IMG/VR virus record: IMGVR_UViG_3300027721_000021
Coordinates: 1-52,144 of that record
Length of the DNA stretch: 52,144 bases
Direction: 5' to 3' (one strand)
Source of the DNA: a virus
Lineage: Duplodnaviria > Caudoviricetes
The notes beneath the pieces were generated by a model. The model was not told where the DNA came from, searched no databases, and saw nothing but the letters and a program-made list of their open reading frames with translations. Positions 8,847 through 17,418 of this stretch are shown here, piece by piece. Each line of letters starts with the position of its first letter. The stretch's first letter is position 1. Both the position numbers and the translations under genes were made by a program.

Positions 8847-10223
8847 ATGTATCTATCAGAAACTTTCGTTACTAAGTGGGCACCGGTCCTAGACCACCCT
8901 GAACTTAGTGCCATCAAAGACCCATACAAGAAGGCTGTCACGGCTGTCATCCTTGAGAACCAAGAGAAGGCAATGCGTGAAGAAGCATCGGCGTTTGGCA
9001 ACATGTTCGAAGCCGTGCCTAACAGCGTTGGCGACGGCTTGGGCGGCGTTAACGGCGCAGGCAACATCAAGGGCTTCGACCCAATCCTAATCGGTTTGGT
9101 CCGTCGCGCACTTCCTAACCTAATGGCGTATGACGTTTGCGGCGTTCAGCCAATGACGGGTCCAACCGGACTGATCTTCGCTATGCAGGCTAAGTACGCT
9201 AACACCGGCAACGGTTGGCTCAACAATGCACCAGAAGCTTTCTTCAACGAAGCTAACACTGCATGGTCGGGCAACGGCGCACACGGCGCAGGCTTCCTAA
9301 CCACGACTGGTATGGGTAATGCCAACACCAACTCGGCTAACTTGACTGCATACGCAAACACCACGCTCGCAAACACCGGTAACGGTATGTCCACGGCGTA
9401 TGGTGAAGACCTCGGCACCGGCATGGCACAGATGGGCTTCTCCATCGAACGTGTCAGCGTTGTTGCTAAGACTCGCGCACTCAAGGCTGAATACACGCTT
9501 GAACTCGCACAGGACTTGAAGGCAATTCACGGTCTTGACGCAGAAGCAGAACTCAGCAACATCCTGTCCACCGAAATCCTTGCAGAAATCAACCGCGAAG
9601 TCATTCGCTCGATCTACGCAGTGGCAAACATCGGCTACACTGGCATCACGACTCCTACCTTCAACCTTGCATCGACTTCGGATACGTCCGGTCGTTGGTC
9701 GGTTGAAAAGTTCAAGGGTCTGTTGTTCGCCATTGAGCGTGGTTGCAACAAGATTGCGAAGGACACGCGCCGTGGTAAGGGTAACATCCTGATCGTATCG
9801 TCTGACGTTGCTTCGGCACTGTCGATGACCGGTCTGTTGGACTACAACAGTGGTCTAGTCAATAACACCAACCTAGCGGTTGACGACACTGGCAACACCT
9901 TCGCAGGTACGCTATTCGGTCGCCTCAAGGTCTACGTAGACCCATATTCGATCACTGGATCGGACTACGTGGTTATCGGCTATAAGGGTCCAACCCCTTA
10001 TGACGCAGGACTGTTCTACTGCCCATACGTTCCGCTACAGATGGTTCGCGCTATCAACCCTGATACGTTCCAGCCTAAGATTGGTTTCAAGACCCGTTAC
10101 GGTCTAGTCTCCAACCCATTCGGCACCTCGCAGCAGGGCGCAGAAACGACCGTCGCAGGCACGTTGACTGCCCACACGAACACCTACTACCGGAAATTCT
10201 CGGTCGTCAACCTAATCGGTTGA
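8847..10223 (+). CDS. gp23: Major capsid protein
   Basis: KWAPVLDH, GVQPMTGPTGLIFAM, RALKAEYTLELAQDLKAIHGLDAE, YCPYVPLQMVRA, FQPKIGFKTRYG. Confidence 0.99.
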   Translation: MYLSETFVTKWAPVLDHPELSAIKDPYKKAVTAVILENQEKAMREEASAFGNMFEAVPNSVGDGLGGVNGAGNIKGFDPILIGLVRRALPNLMAYDVCGVQPMTGPTGLIFAMQAKYANTGNGWLNNAPEAFFNEANTAWSGNGAHGAGFLTTTGMGNANTNSANLTAYANTTLANTGNGMSTAYGEDLGTGMAQMGFSIERVSVVAKTRALKAEYTLELAQDLKAIHGLDAEAELSNILSTEILAEINREVIRSIYAVANIGYTGITTPTFNLASTSDTSGRWSVEKFKGLLFAIERGCNKIAKDTRRGKGNILIVSSDVASALSMTGLLDYNSGLVNNTNLAVDDTGNTFAGTLFGRLKVYVDPYSITGSDYVVIGYKGPTPYDAGLFYCPYVPLQMVRAINPDTFQPKIGFKTRYGLVSNPFGTSQQGAETTVAGTLTAHTNTYYRKFSVVNLIG

Positions 10224-10269
10224 TCGTAGGTGAGACAAAAATAACGAGGGAGCAATCCCAAGTGACTCA

Positions 10270-10298
10270 GGGGCGGATGGAAACATCCGCCCCTTTTT
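10270..10298 (+). terminator. Rho-independent terminator after gp23
   Basis: GGGGCGGATG-GAAA-CATCCGCCCC followed by TTTTT. Confidence 0.95.
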
Positions 10299-10304
10299 GT
10301 TGTG

Positions 10305-10312
10305 CCTAAATA
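10305..10312 (+). promoter_or_regulatory. Late promoter CCTAAATA upstream of gp3
   Basis: TAAATA just after the terminator. Confidence 0.8.
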
Positions 10313-10345
10313 GGGTATGACTCTACCCAAACAAGGTATGCATCC

Positions 10346-10891
10346 ATGGGCGCACTAGAACGCAATCCCTCTAATCGTGATATCCTGCAAAGCACGAAGT
10401 TTAAGCTCAACTTCACGCGCCTGCCGGGACTCACGTTCTTCTGCCAGACCGCGAACCTTCCCGGTATCTCGCTGTCGGAAGTCATGCGCAATACGCCATT
10501 CGTAGACCTGTACGTTCCCGGCGAGAAAGCCATTTATGACACTCTGAACGTGACCATGCTCGTAGACGAGGATCTGCGCGATTGGGAAGCCATTCATGAC
10601 TGGATTAGAGCTATGACGTTCCCCAAGGAATTCGAAGAGTATGCGGCAATGAAGACTCAGTTCCGCGATGTGGTCGCTCGCGGTGCTGCCGGTAAGCTGC
10701 CACCACAGTACACCGACGCATCCATGACGGTATTCACTAATAAGAATAACCCTAACTTCCGCATTCACTACAAAGACTTATTCCCCACAACTCTAGGTGG
10801 AATTCAATTTAGCGCACTCGACTCGGCTGAGAACATCATTACCTGTGACGCAACGTTCAGATATTCGTATTACAACCTAGAAAGAATTTGA
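10346..10891 (+). CDS. gp3: Tail completion / sheath stabilizer protein
   Basis: FFCQTANLPGISL, LVDEDL.DW..IHDWI, F.DLFPT.LGGIQF, ATFRYSYY; follows gp23. Confidence 0.9.
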   Translation: MGALERNPSNRDILQSTKFKLNFTRLPGLTFFCQTANLPGISLSEVMRNTPFVDLYVPGEKAIYDTLNVTMLVDEDLRDWEAIHDWIRAMTFPKEFEEYAAMKTQFRDVVARGAAGKLPPQYTDASMTVFTNKNNPNFRIHYKDLFPTTLGGIQFSALDSAENIITCDATFRYSYYNLERI

Positions 10892-10916
10892 CAATCTAAT
10901 CAAAATATGGTAAGAT
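10888..10916 (+). promoter_or_regulatory. sigma70-type promoter for uvsY
   Basis: TTGACA-17 nt-TAAGAT with extended -10 TG. Confidence 0.75.
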
Positions 10917-10947
10917 AACCATATGCTTTTGATGGAGTTTCTTTGCT

Positions 10948-11400
10948 ATGGCTAATATGGTTGCACCCAACGTCGAACAGTTGATCACGGAATGGGAAAC
11001 AGACTCGCACATTGACACGACAGATGCGGGTGGACAGATGATCAAGATTCCTGTCCTTCACAGTAAGTACAATAAGTATCTCACGCTGCACAAGCTTGCG
11101 GAAGCCCGTCGCGAGGCTGAATTGAACAAGCTGCGCAAGACCAAATGGATGTACTACAACGGCAAGCTAGACCAACAGCAGTTGGCGGCACTCGGTTGGG
11201 ATCCATTCCCGTTCACGCTCAAGGCTGACCTGAACGTGTACATGGATGCCGACGAGGACGTTGCCAAGATCAAGAGCCAGATTGCGTTTCACGAAGAGTG
11301 CGTGTCATTCTGCACCTACGTCATGAAGGAACTCAACAACCGCACATGGCAGATGAAGGAATGGATGGCATGGGAGAGGTTTGAACGCGGTGGACATTAG
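10948..11400 (+). CDS. uvsY: Recombination mediator
   Basis: W..DS.ID, KIPVLHSKY, KWMYYNGK, YMDADED, ELNNRTWQMK..MAW.RF. Confidence 0.93.
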   Translation: MANMVAPNVEQLITEWETDSHIDTTDAGGQMIKIPVLHSKYNKYLTLHKLAEARREAELNKLRKTKWMYYNGKLDQQQLAALGWDPFPFTLKADLNVYMDADEDVAKIKSQIAFHEECVSFCTYVMKELNNRTWQMKEWMAWERFERGGH

Positions 11401-11557
11401 AGACTGCATCATTGCCGCGCCTCCGAAGATGGTGGGCGGCTATCGCTTGGGTAAGGGCGCATACAGTTGGAAGCTACAACTCCAAGACAAGCCGCTTTGG
11501 TTCCATCGTACCTGTATGAGAATCTTTCTAGGCATCACATGGGAAGATAATGAGTGA
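11390..11557 (+). CDS. Small hypothetical protein (55 aa, GTG start; not in ORF track)
   Basis: Fills the uvsY-uvsW gap and overlaps both; MDIRDCII...KPLWFHRTCMRIFLGITWEDNE; GGAGAGG RBS. Confidence 0.6.
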   Translation: MDIRDCIIAAPPKMVGGYRLGKGAYSWKLQLQDKPLWFHRTCMRIFLGITWEDNE

Positions 11558-13004
11558 TATCCATTTTGAACAAACAGATAACGTATGGGCGAGGATAAGA
11601 TGCGAAGATAGCACTGCACAGGAGCTATCAGAATTCTTCTCATTCACGGTCCCCACGGCTAAGTTTCGCAAGAAAGAAGCCAAGAAGTATTGGGACGGCA
11701 AGATACGGCTATTTCATCTTAGAACTCACAAGATCTACGCGGGTCTTGAGGGTTACGTGCGTAAATTTGCCAAGGATAACGGCTACTCCTATACTTGCAC
11801 TCTTGTCAAGAGCAACATAGCGGAACTCCCACAGAAAGAACACGTTGCCAAGTGGCTTCCCACTCATACGCCGCGTGACTATCAGTGGGTGGCGTATCTC
11901 TATGCGCTACACCGCAAGCGTGGTGTCGTACTATCGCCCACCGCATCCGGTAAGTCGATGATCATCTATATGATATCGCGGTGGCTGATCGAACGCGGTA
12001 AGAAGCGTGGGCTGTTGATCGTGCCTACCACCTCCCTAGTCGAGCAGATGTACTCCGACTTCCGTGAGTATGGATGGGACGTAGAGAAGAACTGTCAGCG
12101 CATCTATCAGGGATTCACTACGGATGCCTACGCACCGTTGGTTATCTCTACGTGGCAGTCAGTCTACGATCTGCCGAAGAAATACTTCGCGCAGTTCGAC
12201 TACGTGATTGGCGACGAGGCTCACCAGTTCAAGGCTGAGTCGCTCAAGCACATCATGGAGCAGTTAGTCAATTGTGACTATCGCATTGGAACTACCGGCA
12301 CCCTAGATGGGTCTAAGGTTCACAAGCTAGTTCTTGAGGGGCTGTTCGGTCCTGTTCAGAGGGTGGCTTCGACAAAGGAACTACAGGACAAGGGATACCT
12401 TGCGACACTGGAAATCAAGTGTCTCGTGCTTCGCTATCCCGAAGAGGTTACGAAGGTGGTGAAGGGACAGTCCTATCCGGACGAGATTTCCTTCCTGTGT
12501 GCGAACGAAGCACGTAACAAATTCATAGTAAAATTAGCAGAAAGCCTTGACGGGAACACGCTGATCCTGTATAATTACGTGGACAAGCACGGAAGAATCC
12601 TGCACCAGATGATCAAAGACCGCTTGCCGAATCGAAAGGTGCACTTCATTCATGGTGACGTAGAGACTCTGGACCGAGAAGAGGTTCGGCGTATCACGGA
12701 AGATGAAACCGATTCGGTGATTGTTGCTTCCTATGGAACATTCTCCACAGGCATCAATATCAAACACCTACATAATGTAGTCTTCGCTTCACCAACGAAG
12801 AGTCAGATTAGAACATTGCAGTCCATCGGCAGAGGGCTACGCCTCGGTGAGAACAAGAGAAAGGCAGTCCTTTATGACATAGTTGACGATCTACGCTACG
12901 GAGCATACGTCAACTTCGCGTTGAAACACTATGAGGAACGAGTTCGGATATACAACGAAGAGAAGTTTCCCATCAAATCAATCAACATAGGACTACGCCC
13001 ATGA
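11550..13004 (+). CDS. uvsW: RNA-DNA/DNA helicase
   Basis: WDGKIRLF, SPTASGKS, DEAH, GTTGT, STGINI, LQSIGRGLR. Confidence 0.96.
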   Translation: MSDIHFEQTDNVWARIRCEDSTAQELSEFFSFTVPTAKFRKKEAKKYWDGKIRLFHLRTHKIYAGLEGYVRKFAKDNGYSYTCTLVKSNIAELPQKEHVAKWLPTHTPRDYQWVAYLYALHRKRGVVLSPTASGKSMIIYMISRWLIERGKKRGLLIVPTTSLVEQMYSDFREYGWDVEKNCQRIYQGFTTDAYAPLVISTWQSVYDLPKKYFAQFDYVIGDEAHQFKAESLKHIMEQLVNCDYRIGTTGTLDGSKVHKLVLEGLFGPVQRVASTKELQDKGYLATLEIKCLVLRYPEEVTKVVKGQSYPDEISFLCANEARNKFIVKLAESLDGNTLILYNYVDKHGRILHQMIKDRLPNRKVHFIHGDVETLDREEVRRITEDETDSVIVASYGTFSTGINIKHLHNVVFASPTKSQIRTLQSIGRGLRLGENKRKAVLYDIVDDLRYGAYVNFALKHYEERVRIYNEEKFPIKSINIGLRP

Positions 13005-13378
13005 ACACGCCACACCCTATCAAGTTCTACAAGCTAAAGACCAATGAGGATATTGTCGCATACGAGGTTCAAGTCTGCAAGGGACACATCCATATCAAAC
13101 GCCCACTGGCGTTCACCGTAGAGAATGAAGTCCTCGCAGGAAAGCAGATGCTCAATGTCCGTGAATGGGTTCCACCCATCGTCTGTGCCAATGACTCCAT
13201 CTTTCTCCCGAAGGAGTTCATCATGTTCTCGACTGATGTAAGGGATTCCTTCAAGGAAGAGTTCATGTCTGCTACTGAGTTTCTGTATGCCGTGGAGCCT
13301 AGAAAGCCTCCTAAGAGGTCTAAAGAGGATAAGGTTGTTCCTTTTCTTCTCAAGGATCCGTCTGTTAAACCCAATTGA
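13001..13378 (+). CDS. Conserved T4-like hypothetical protein (probable Sm-like fold)
   Basis: KFYKLKTNEDIVA N-terminus; typical uvsW-gp55 intervening gene. Confidence 0.6.
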   Translation: MNTPHPIKFYKLKTNEDIVAYEVQVCKGHIHIKRPLAFTVENEVLAGKQMLNVREWVPPIVCANDSIFLPKEFIMFSTDVRDSFKEEFMSATEFLYAVEPRKPPKRSKEDKVVPFLLKDPSVKPN

Positions 13379-13425
13379 GTTCTCATCCTTCTTATTAAAT
13401 CAACCCTTCAAAGAGCCACACGCTC

Positions 13426-13454
13426 ATTATACACACCATTTGAGGTTCTGTCAA
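13426..13454 (-). promoter_or_regulatory. Perfect-consensus sigma70 promoter on the minus strand (antisense)
   Basis: Reverse complement reads TTGACA-gaacctcaaatggtgtg(17)-TATAAT. Confidence 0.8.
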
Positions 13455-13463
13455 ATCTAAATC

Positions 13464-13994
13464 ATGGCAAAAACTAATTACGTTGACAACAAGCTCTTTC
13501 TAAAAGAGATTACTGCTTACCGCAAGGCTGTACGCAAAGCCAAGCGGGAGAAGGTGGACAAGCCTCGCATTCCTGAGTATATCGGGCAGTGCTTCATGCT
13601 CATTGCCGAGAACATGAGTCATAAGTACAATTTCCTTTCGTACACATTCAGGGATGAAATGGTGTCCGACGCTATCGAAAACTGCGTCATGTACGTCGAT
13701 AACTTTAATCCTGCGAAGTCGAAGAATCCATTTGCTTATTTCACGCAGATATGCTATTATGCATTCTTGAGGCGCATTCAACGCGAGAAAAAGCAGTTGT
13801 ATGTGAAGTATAAGTCTACTGAGATGCACGGCATCCTAGACGACTTTGATCAGATGGAATCCGAAGACGGCATGACGCGGCAGTTCGAAATGTATGACAA
13901 CATCAGTGAGTTCATTGCAAAGTACGAAGATGCCAAGGCGAAGAAGAAAGCCAAAGTCGCTGCTGCTAAAGGGTTAGAGAAATTTATCGAATGA
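13464..13994 (+). CDS. gp55: Late-transcription sigma factor
   Basis: NYVDNK.FL, YIGQCF..IA, EMVSDAIENC, NPFAYFTQI.YYAFLRRI..EKKQ. Confidence 0.97.
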   Translation: MAKTNYVDNKLFLKEITAYRKAVRKAKREKVDKPRIPEYIGQCFMLIAENMSHKYNFLSYTFRDEMVSDAIENCVMYVDNFNPAKSKNPFAYFTQICYYAFLRRIQREKKQLYVKYKSTEMHGILDDFDQMESEDGMTRQFEMYDNISEFIAKYEDAKAKKKAKVAAAKGLEKFIE

Positions 13995-15061
13995 AAATCG
14001 CGATTCTTGGGGATACCCATTTCGGCATGAGAAACGACTCGGCTGTGTTCAATGAGCTTGCTCGCAAGTTCTACACAGAGGTCTTCTTCCCGTATCTTGA
14101 GCAACATGGCATTGGCAACGTGATTCAGTTGGGCGACCTGTTCGACCGGCGCAAGTTCATCAACTTCAACATCCTTGCCAGTGCGAAGGAATACTTCTTC
14201 AATCCTCTGGATCGGAATGGTATCACCCTGTATGCCCTGCTAGGCAATCACGATATCTTCTATCGGAACACGCTGCGAGTCAACTCGCCATCACTGGTGC
14301 TGCCTGAGTACAGCCGCGTGTGCCTGATCGACAAGCCATCCACCATCGTCTTCGGTGGCAACCCCGTAGACCTGATTCCGTGGATCTGCGAAGAGAATGA
14401 GAAAGAGATTGGGGAGTTCATCAAGAACTCCAAGTCCGACTTCTGCTTCGGGCATTTTGAGCTTGCCGGATTCGAAATGGATCGTGGCAACTTCTGCCAT
14501 GAGGGTATGGACGTTGGATTACTCTCCAAGTACGAACAGGTAATCTCTGGTCACTTCCACCACAAGTCTTCCAAGGGTAACATCCTGTATACCGGCGTGC
14601 CGTATCAGATGACATGGGCAGACTGGAATGATCCGAAAGGCTTCCATGTGTTCGACACCGAGACTCGCGAGCTAGAGTTCATCCGTAACCCGAATGAAAT
14701 CTACGTGAAGATCAACTACAACGATGACAACCTGTTCTTCGATGAAGTGGCTAACGGCGACTACTCGGCATTCACCGGCAAGTATGTGAAGGTCATCGTG
14801 GAGAAGAAGTCCAATTCGTTCCTGTTTGAGACATTGATCGAAACTCTCACAAAGGCAAATCCGATAGACGTATCCATTGTCGAAGACTTCACCGATATCT
14901 CCATCATCGACGCGAATGGCGACGGTGTAATTGATCAAGCGGATGACACGCTCGCTATCATCGACAAGGTGGTTGAGGGTATGGAAATCGACTTGCAAAA
15001 GCCGCGACTTAAGAGTATACTGAGAGAAGTATACAACGAGGCGTTGGCTTCCGAATCATGA
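13991..15061 (+). CDS. gp47: Recombination endonuclease subunit (Mre11/SbcD-like)
   Basis: GDTHFG, GDLFDRRK, GNHD, GHFH phosphoesterase motifs. Confidence 0.96.
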   Translation: MKIAILGDTHFGMRNDSAVFNELARKFYTEVFFPYLEQHGIGNVIQLGDLFDRRKFINFNILASAKEYFFNPLDRNGITLYALLGNHDIFYRNTLRVNSPSLVLPEYSRVCLIDKPSTIVFGGNPVDLIPWICEENEKEIGEFIKNSKSDFCFGHFELAGFEMDRGNFCHEGMDVGLLSKYEQVISGHFHHKSSKGNILYTGVPYQMTWADWNDPKGFHVFDTETRELEFIRNPNEIYVKINYNDDNLFFDEVANGDYSAFTGKYVKVIVEKKSNSFLFETLIETLTKANPIDVSIVEDFTDISIIDANGDGVIDQADDTLAIIDKVVEGMEIDLQKPRLKSILREVYNEALASES

Positions 15062-16770
15062 TTACATTTCACACGATCCGTTGGAAGAATTTCCTTTCGA
15101 CGGGTAACGTCTTCACCGAAATCAAATTAGACACTCACCAGAACACCCTGATCGTGGGTGAGAATGGTGCGGGTAAGTCTACCATTCTGGATGCCCTGAC
15201 GTTCGCGTTGTTTGGCAAGCCGTACCGTAATATCAATAAGCCCCTGATCGTCAACTCTATCAACGGCAAGGAGTGCTTAGTCGAGTTAGAGTTCTCAGCA
15301 AACGCGAAGCGATATACCGTGAAGCGCGGCATCAAGCCTAATACGTTTGAGATTTGGTTCAACGGCACGATGCTCCATCAGGACGCACGCGCAAAGGACT
15401 ATCAGGACATGCTTGAGCGCATGATCCTCAAGATGAACTACAAGTCCTTCACGCAGATCGTGATCTTGGGAACTGCGAGCTTCACTCCGTTCATGCAGTT
15501 GAAAGCTTCTGACCGTCGCGAGGTCATCGAAGACCTTCTCGACATTCAGATCTTCTCCAACATGAATGCGGTGGTCAAGGATCGGCTCGCTACGATCAAG
15601 ACGCAGATGACGGAGTACAAGATCCGCCTTGAAGCTATCAAGGAAAAGATCGAACTCCACAAGAAGCACCTTGAGGAACTCAAGCGCAACAATCAGGAAA
15701 TGATCGCTGCGAAGAAGGTGGAGATATCCAATGCCAAGCACTCGCTCATTGAGTTTGAGCAGGCGCAGCGTGAGCATCAGGTGCAGATCGACGCACTGCT
15801 GATGCAGATTGGCGACGAGTCTATGTTCAAGTCCAAGCACGCGAAGCTGAATACTCTCGGCACGCGCATTGAGTCCAACAAGACCAAGTTAGAGAAAGAA
15901 GTCCAGTTCTTCGTGACCAACGATGCCTGCCCGACTTGTAAGCAGTCAATTTCCGAAGATTGGAAAGACAGGATGGTGGGTGATGGTAATGAGAAAGTCA
16001 AAGAACTTGAAGCAGGACTCGACAAACTCCGAGAAGAGCAAGATGCCGTTGTCAGACGACTTAGAGACATTGCGGAAGTCAATTCGCGAATTCAGTCCAT
16101 CGGACGCGACATTGCTAATACCACTACTTCTATTAGCCATACCCGACGTTATATTGGTGTACTTGAACAGGAAGTTGAACGACTTACAGGACAGCACGGT
16201 GGGTCTAGTGAGTCGCATGATCAGTCCAAGGAACTCTTCGAAGAACTTACCGGCTACATCGAAAAGCGCAAGAAAGCCACGGAAGACAAGCAGTACCTCG
16301 ACGTTGCCGCGCATCTCCTCAAAGACGGCGGCATCAAGACGAAAATCATCAAGCAATACCTCCCCATCATCAACAAGCTAGTCAACAAGTACCTCGCAGC
16401 GATGGAGTTCTTCGTGAACTTCACGATTGACGAGGAGTTCAACGAGGTCATCAAGTCCCGCCACCGGGATGACTTCTCCTATGAGAACTTCTCCGAAGGT
16501 GAGAAGCAGAAGATCGACCTTGCGCTGCTGTTGACTTGGCGTAGTATCGCTCGCATGAAGAACAGTGTCAACACTAACCTGTTGGTACTGGACGAGACTT
16601 TCGATTCTTCACTCGACACAAAGGGAACGGATGCTCTGTTGGAGATTCTCCACCAGATGCCCGACAACACCAACATCTTCGTAATCTCCCACAAGGATCA
16701 GTTGCACGACAAGTTCAACTACTCCCTGCGGTTTGAGAAGAAGCAGAACTTCAGTAGGATAGCAGCATGA
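15058..16770 (+). CDS. gp46: Recombination endonuclease ATPase subunit (Rad50/SbcC-like)
   Basis: GENGAGKST, zinc hook CPTCKQ, FSEGEK, LDETFDSSLD, VISH. Confidence 0.97.
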   Translation: MITFHTIRWKNFLSTGNVFTEIKLDTHQNTLIVGENGAGKSTILDALTFALFGKPYRNINKPLIVNSINGKECLVELEFSANAKRYTVKRGIKPNTFEIWFNGTMLHQDARAKDYQDMLERMILKMNYKSFTQIVILGTASFTPFMQLKASDRREVIEDLLDIQIFSNMNAVVKDRLATIKTQMTEYKIRLEAIKEKIELHKKHLEELKRNNQEMIAAKKVEISNAKHSLIEFEQAQREHQVQIDALLMQIGDESMFKSKHAKLNTLGTRIESNKTKLEKEVQFFVTNDACPTCKQSISEDWKDRMVGDGNEKVKELEAGLDKLREEQDAVVRRLRDIAEVNSRIQSIGRDIANTTTSISHTRRYIGVLEQEVERLTGQHGGSSESHDQSKELFEELTGYIEKRKKATEDKQYLDVAAHLLKDGGIKTKIIKQYLPIINKLVNKYLAAMEFFVNFTIDEEFNEVIKSRHRDDFSYENFSEGEKQKIDLALLLTWRSIARMKNSVNTNLLVLDETFDSSLDTKGTDALLEILHQMPDNTNIFVISHKDQLHDKFNYSLRFEKKQNFSRIAA

Positions 16771-17339
16771 GCAACAAGAAAATTCGATTCATTGACAATC
16801 AGATGGTAGAGTACGAGATTCTTCCACTGGTGGATTCCTATGCTTCAATCCTGCGTCAGCCGACACAGGTGATAGATTTCGACGCGCCGCAGATCGGAAT
16901 TCCATATCTCTCATTGAGCCTCATGGAATCCCTCAAGCACTACAAGGGTTTGGGACTCTCCGCGAATCAGGTGGGTCTACCCTATCGTGCGTGCGCTCTC
17001 GACATGATCGAAGAGAATGAGATCTTCTGCCTGATCAATCCAGTCATCGTGGAGAAGGCACCGACTCCTTCCACGTACAAGGAAGGATGCCTTTCGTTCC
17101 CCGGTCTGTTCCTAGAGATTGGACGACCTGAGTGGTGCGTGGTGGAATTCCAAGCAGGCAACGGTGAGAAGATCACGAAAAAGTTCGAAGGCATTTGGGC
17201 AACGTGCGTACAGCATGAGTTGGATCACCTTGACGGCATCTGTTATACGGATCTTGTCTCACCCATCAAGCTAGATATTGCTAAGAGGAAGGTCAAGGCG
17301 AACCTCCGGAAGATCCGTCGCGCCACCACAGGCGCGTAA
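16767..17339 (+). CDS. def: Peptide deformylase
   Basis: GLGLSANQVG, EGCLS, QHELDHLDG. Confidence 0.95.
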   Translation: MSNKKIRFIDNQMVEYEILPLVDSYASILRQPTQVIDFDAPQIGIPYLSLSLMESLKHYKGLGLSANQVGLPYRACALDMIEENEIFCLINPVIVEKAPTPSTYKEGCLSFPGLFLEIGRPEWCVVEFQAGNGEKITKKFEGIWATCVQHELDHLDGICYTDLVSPIKLDIAKRKVKANLRKIRRATTGA

Positions 17340-17396
17340 GTCATTGATTCTAAACGGGTTATATGGCTTGCTTTTCACTGGAAAACCTGTCAAACT
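17337..17396 (+). promoter_or_regulatory. sigma70 promoter with upstream IHF-consensus box
   Basis: TAAGTCATTGATT (reverse complement AATCAATGACTTA) at 17337; TTGCTT(17368)-17-CAAACT with extended TG. Confidence 0.65.
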
Positions 17397-17418
17397 GGTG
17401 GCATAGTAGAGGTTTTAC

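Noticed and set aside
13069-13386. Minus-strand 105-aa ORF downstream of the antisense promoter
   Set aside because: Fully antisense to a conserved gene, the SD-like sequence abuts the ATG, and it has no recognisable features; a non-coding transcript is more plausible.
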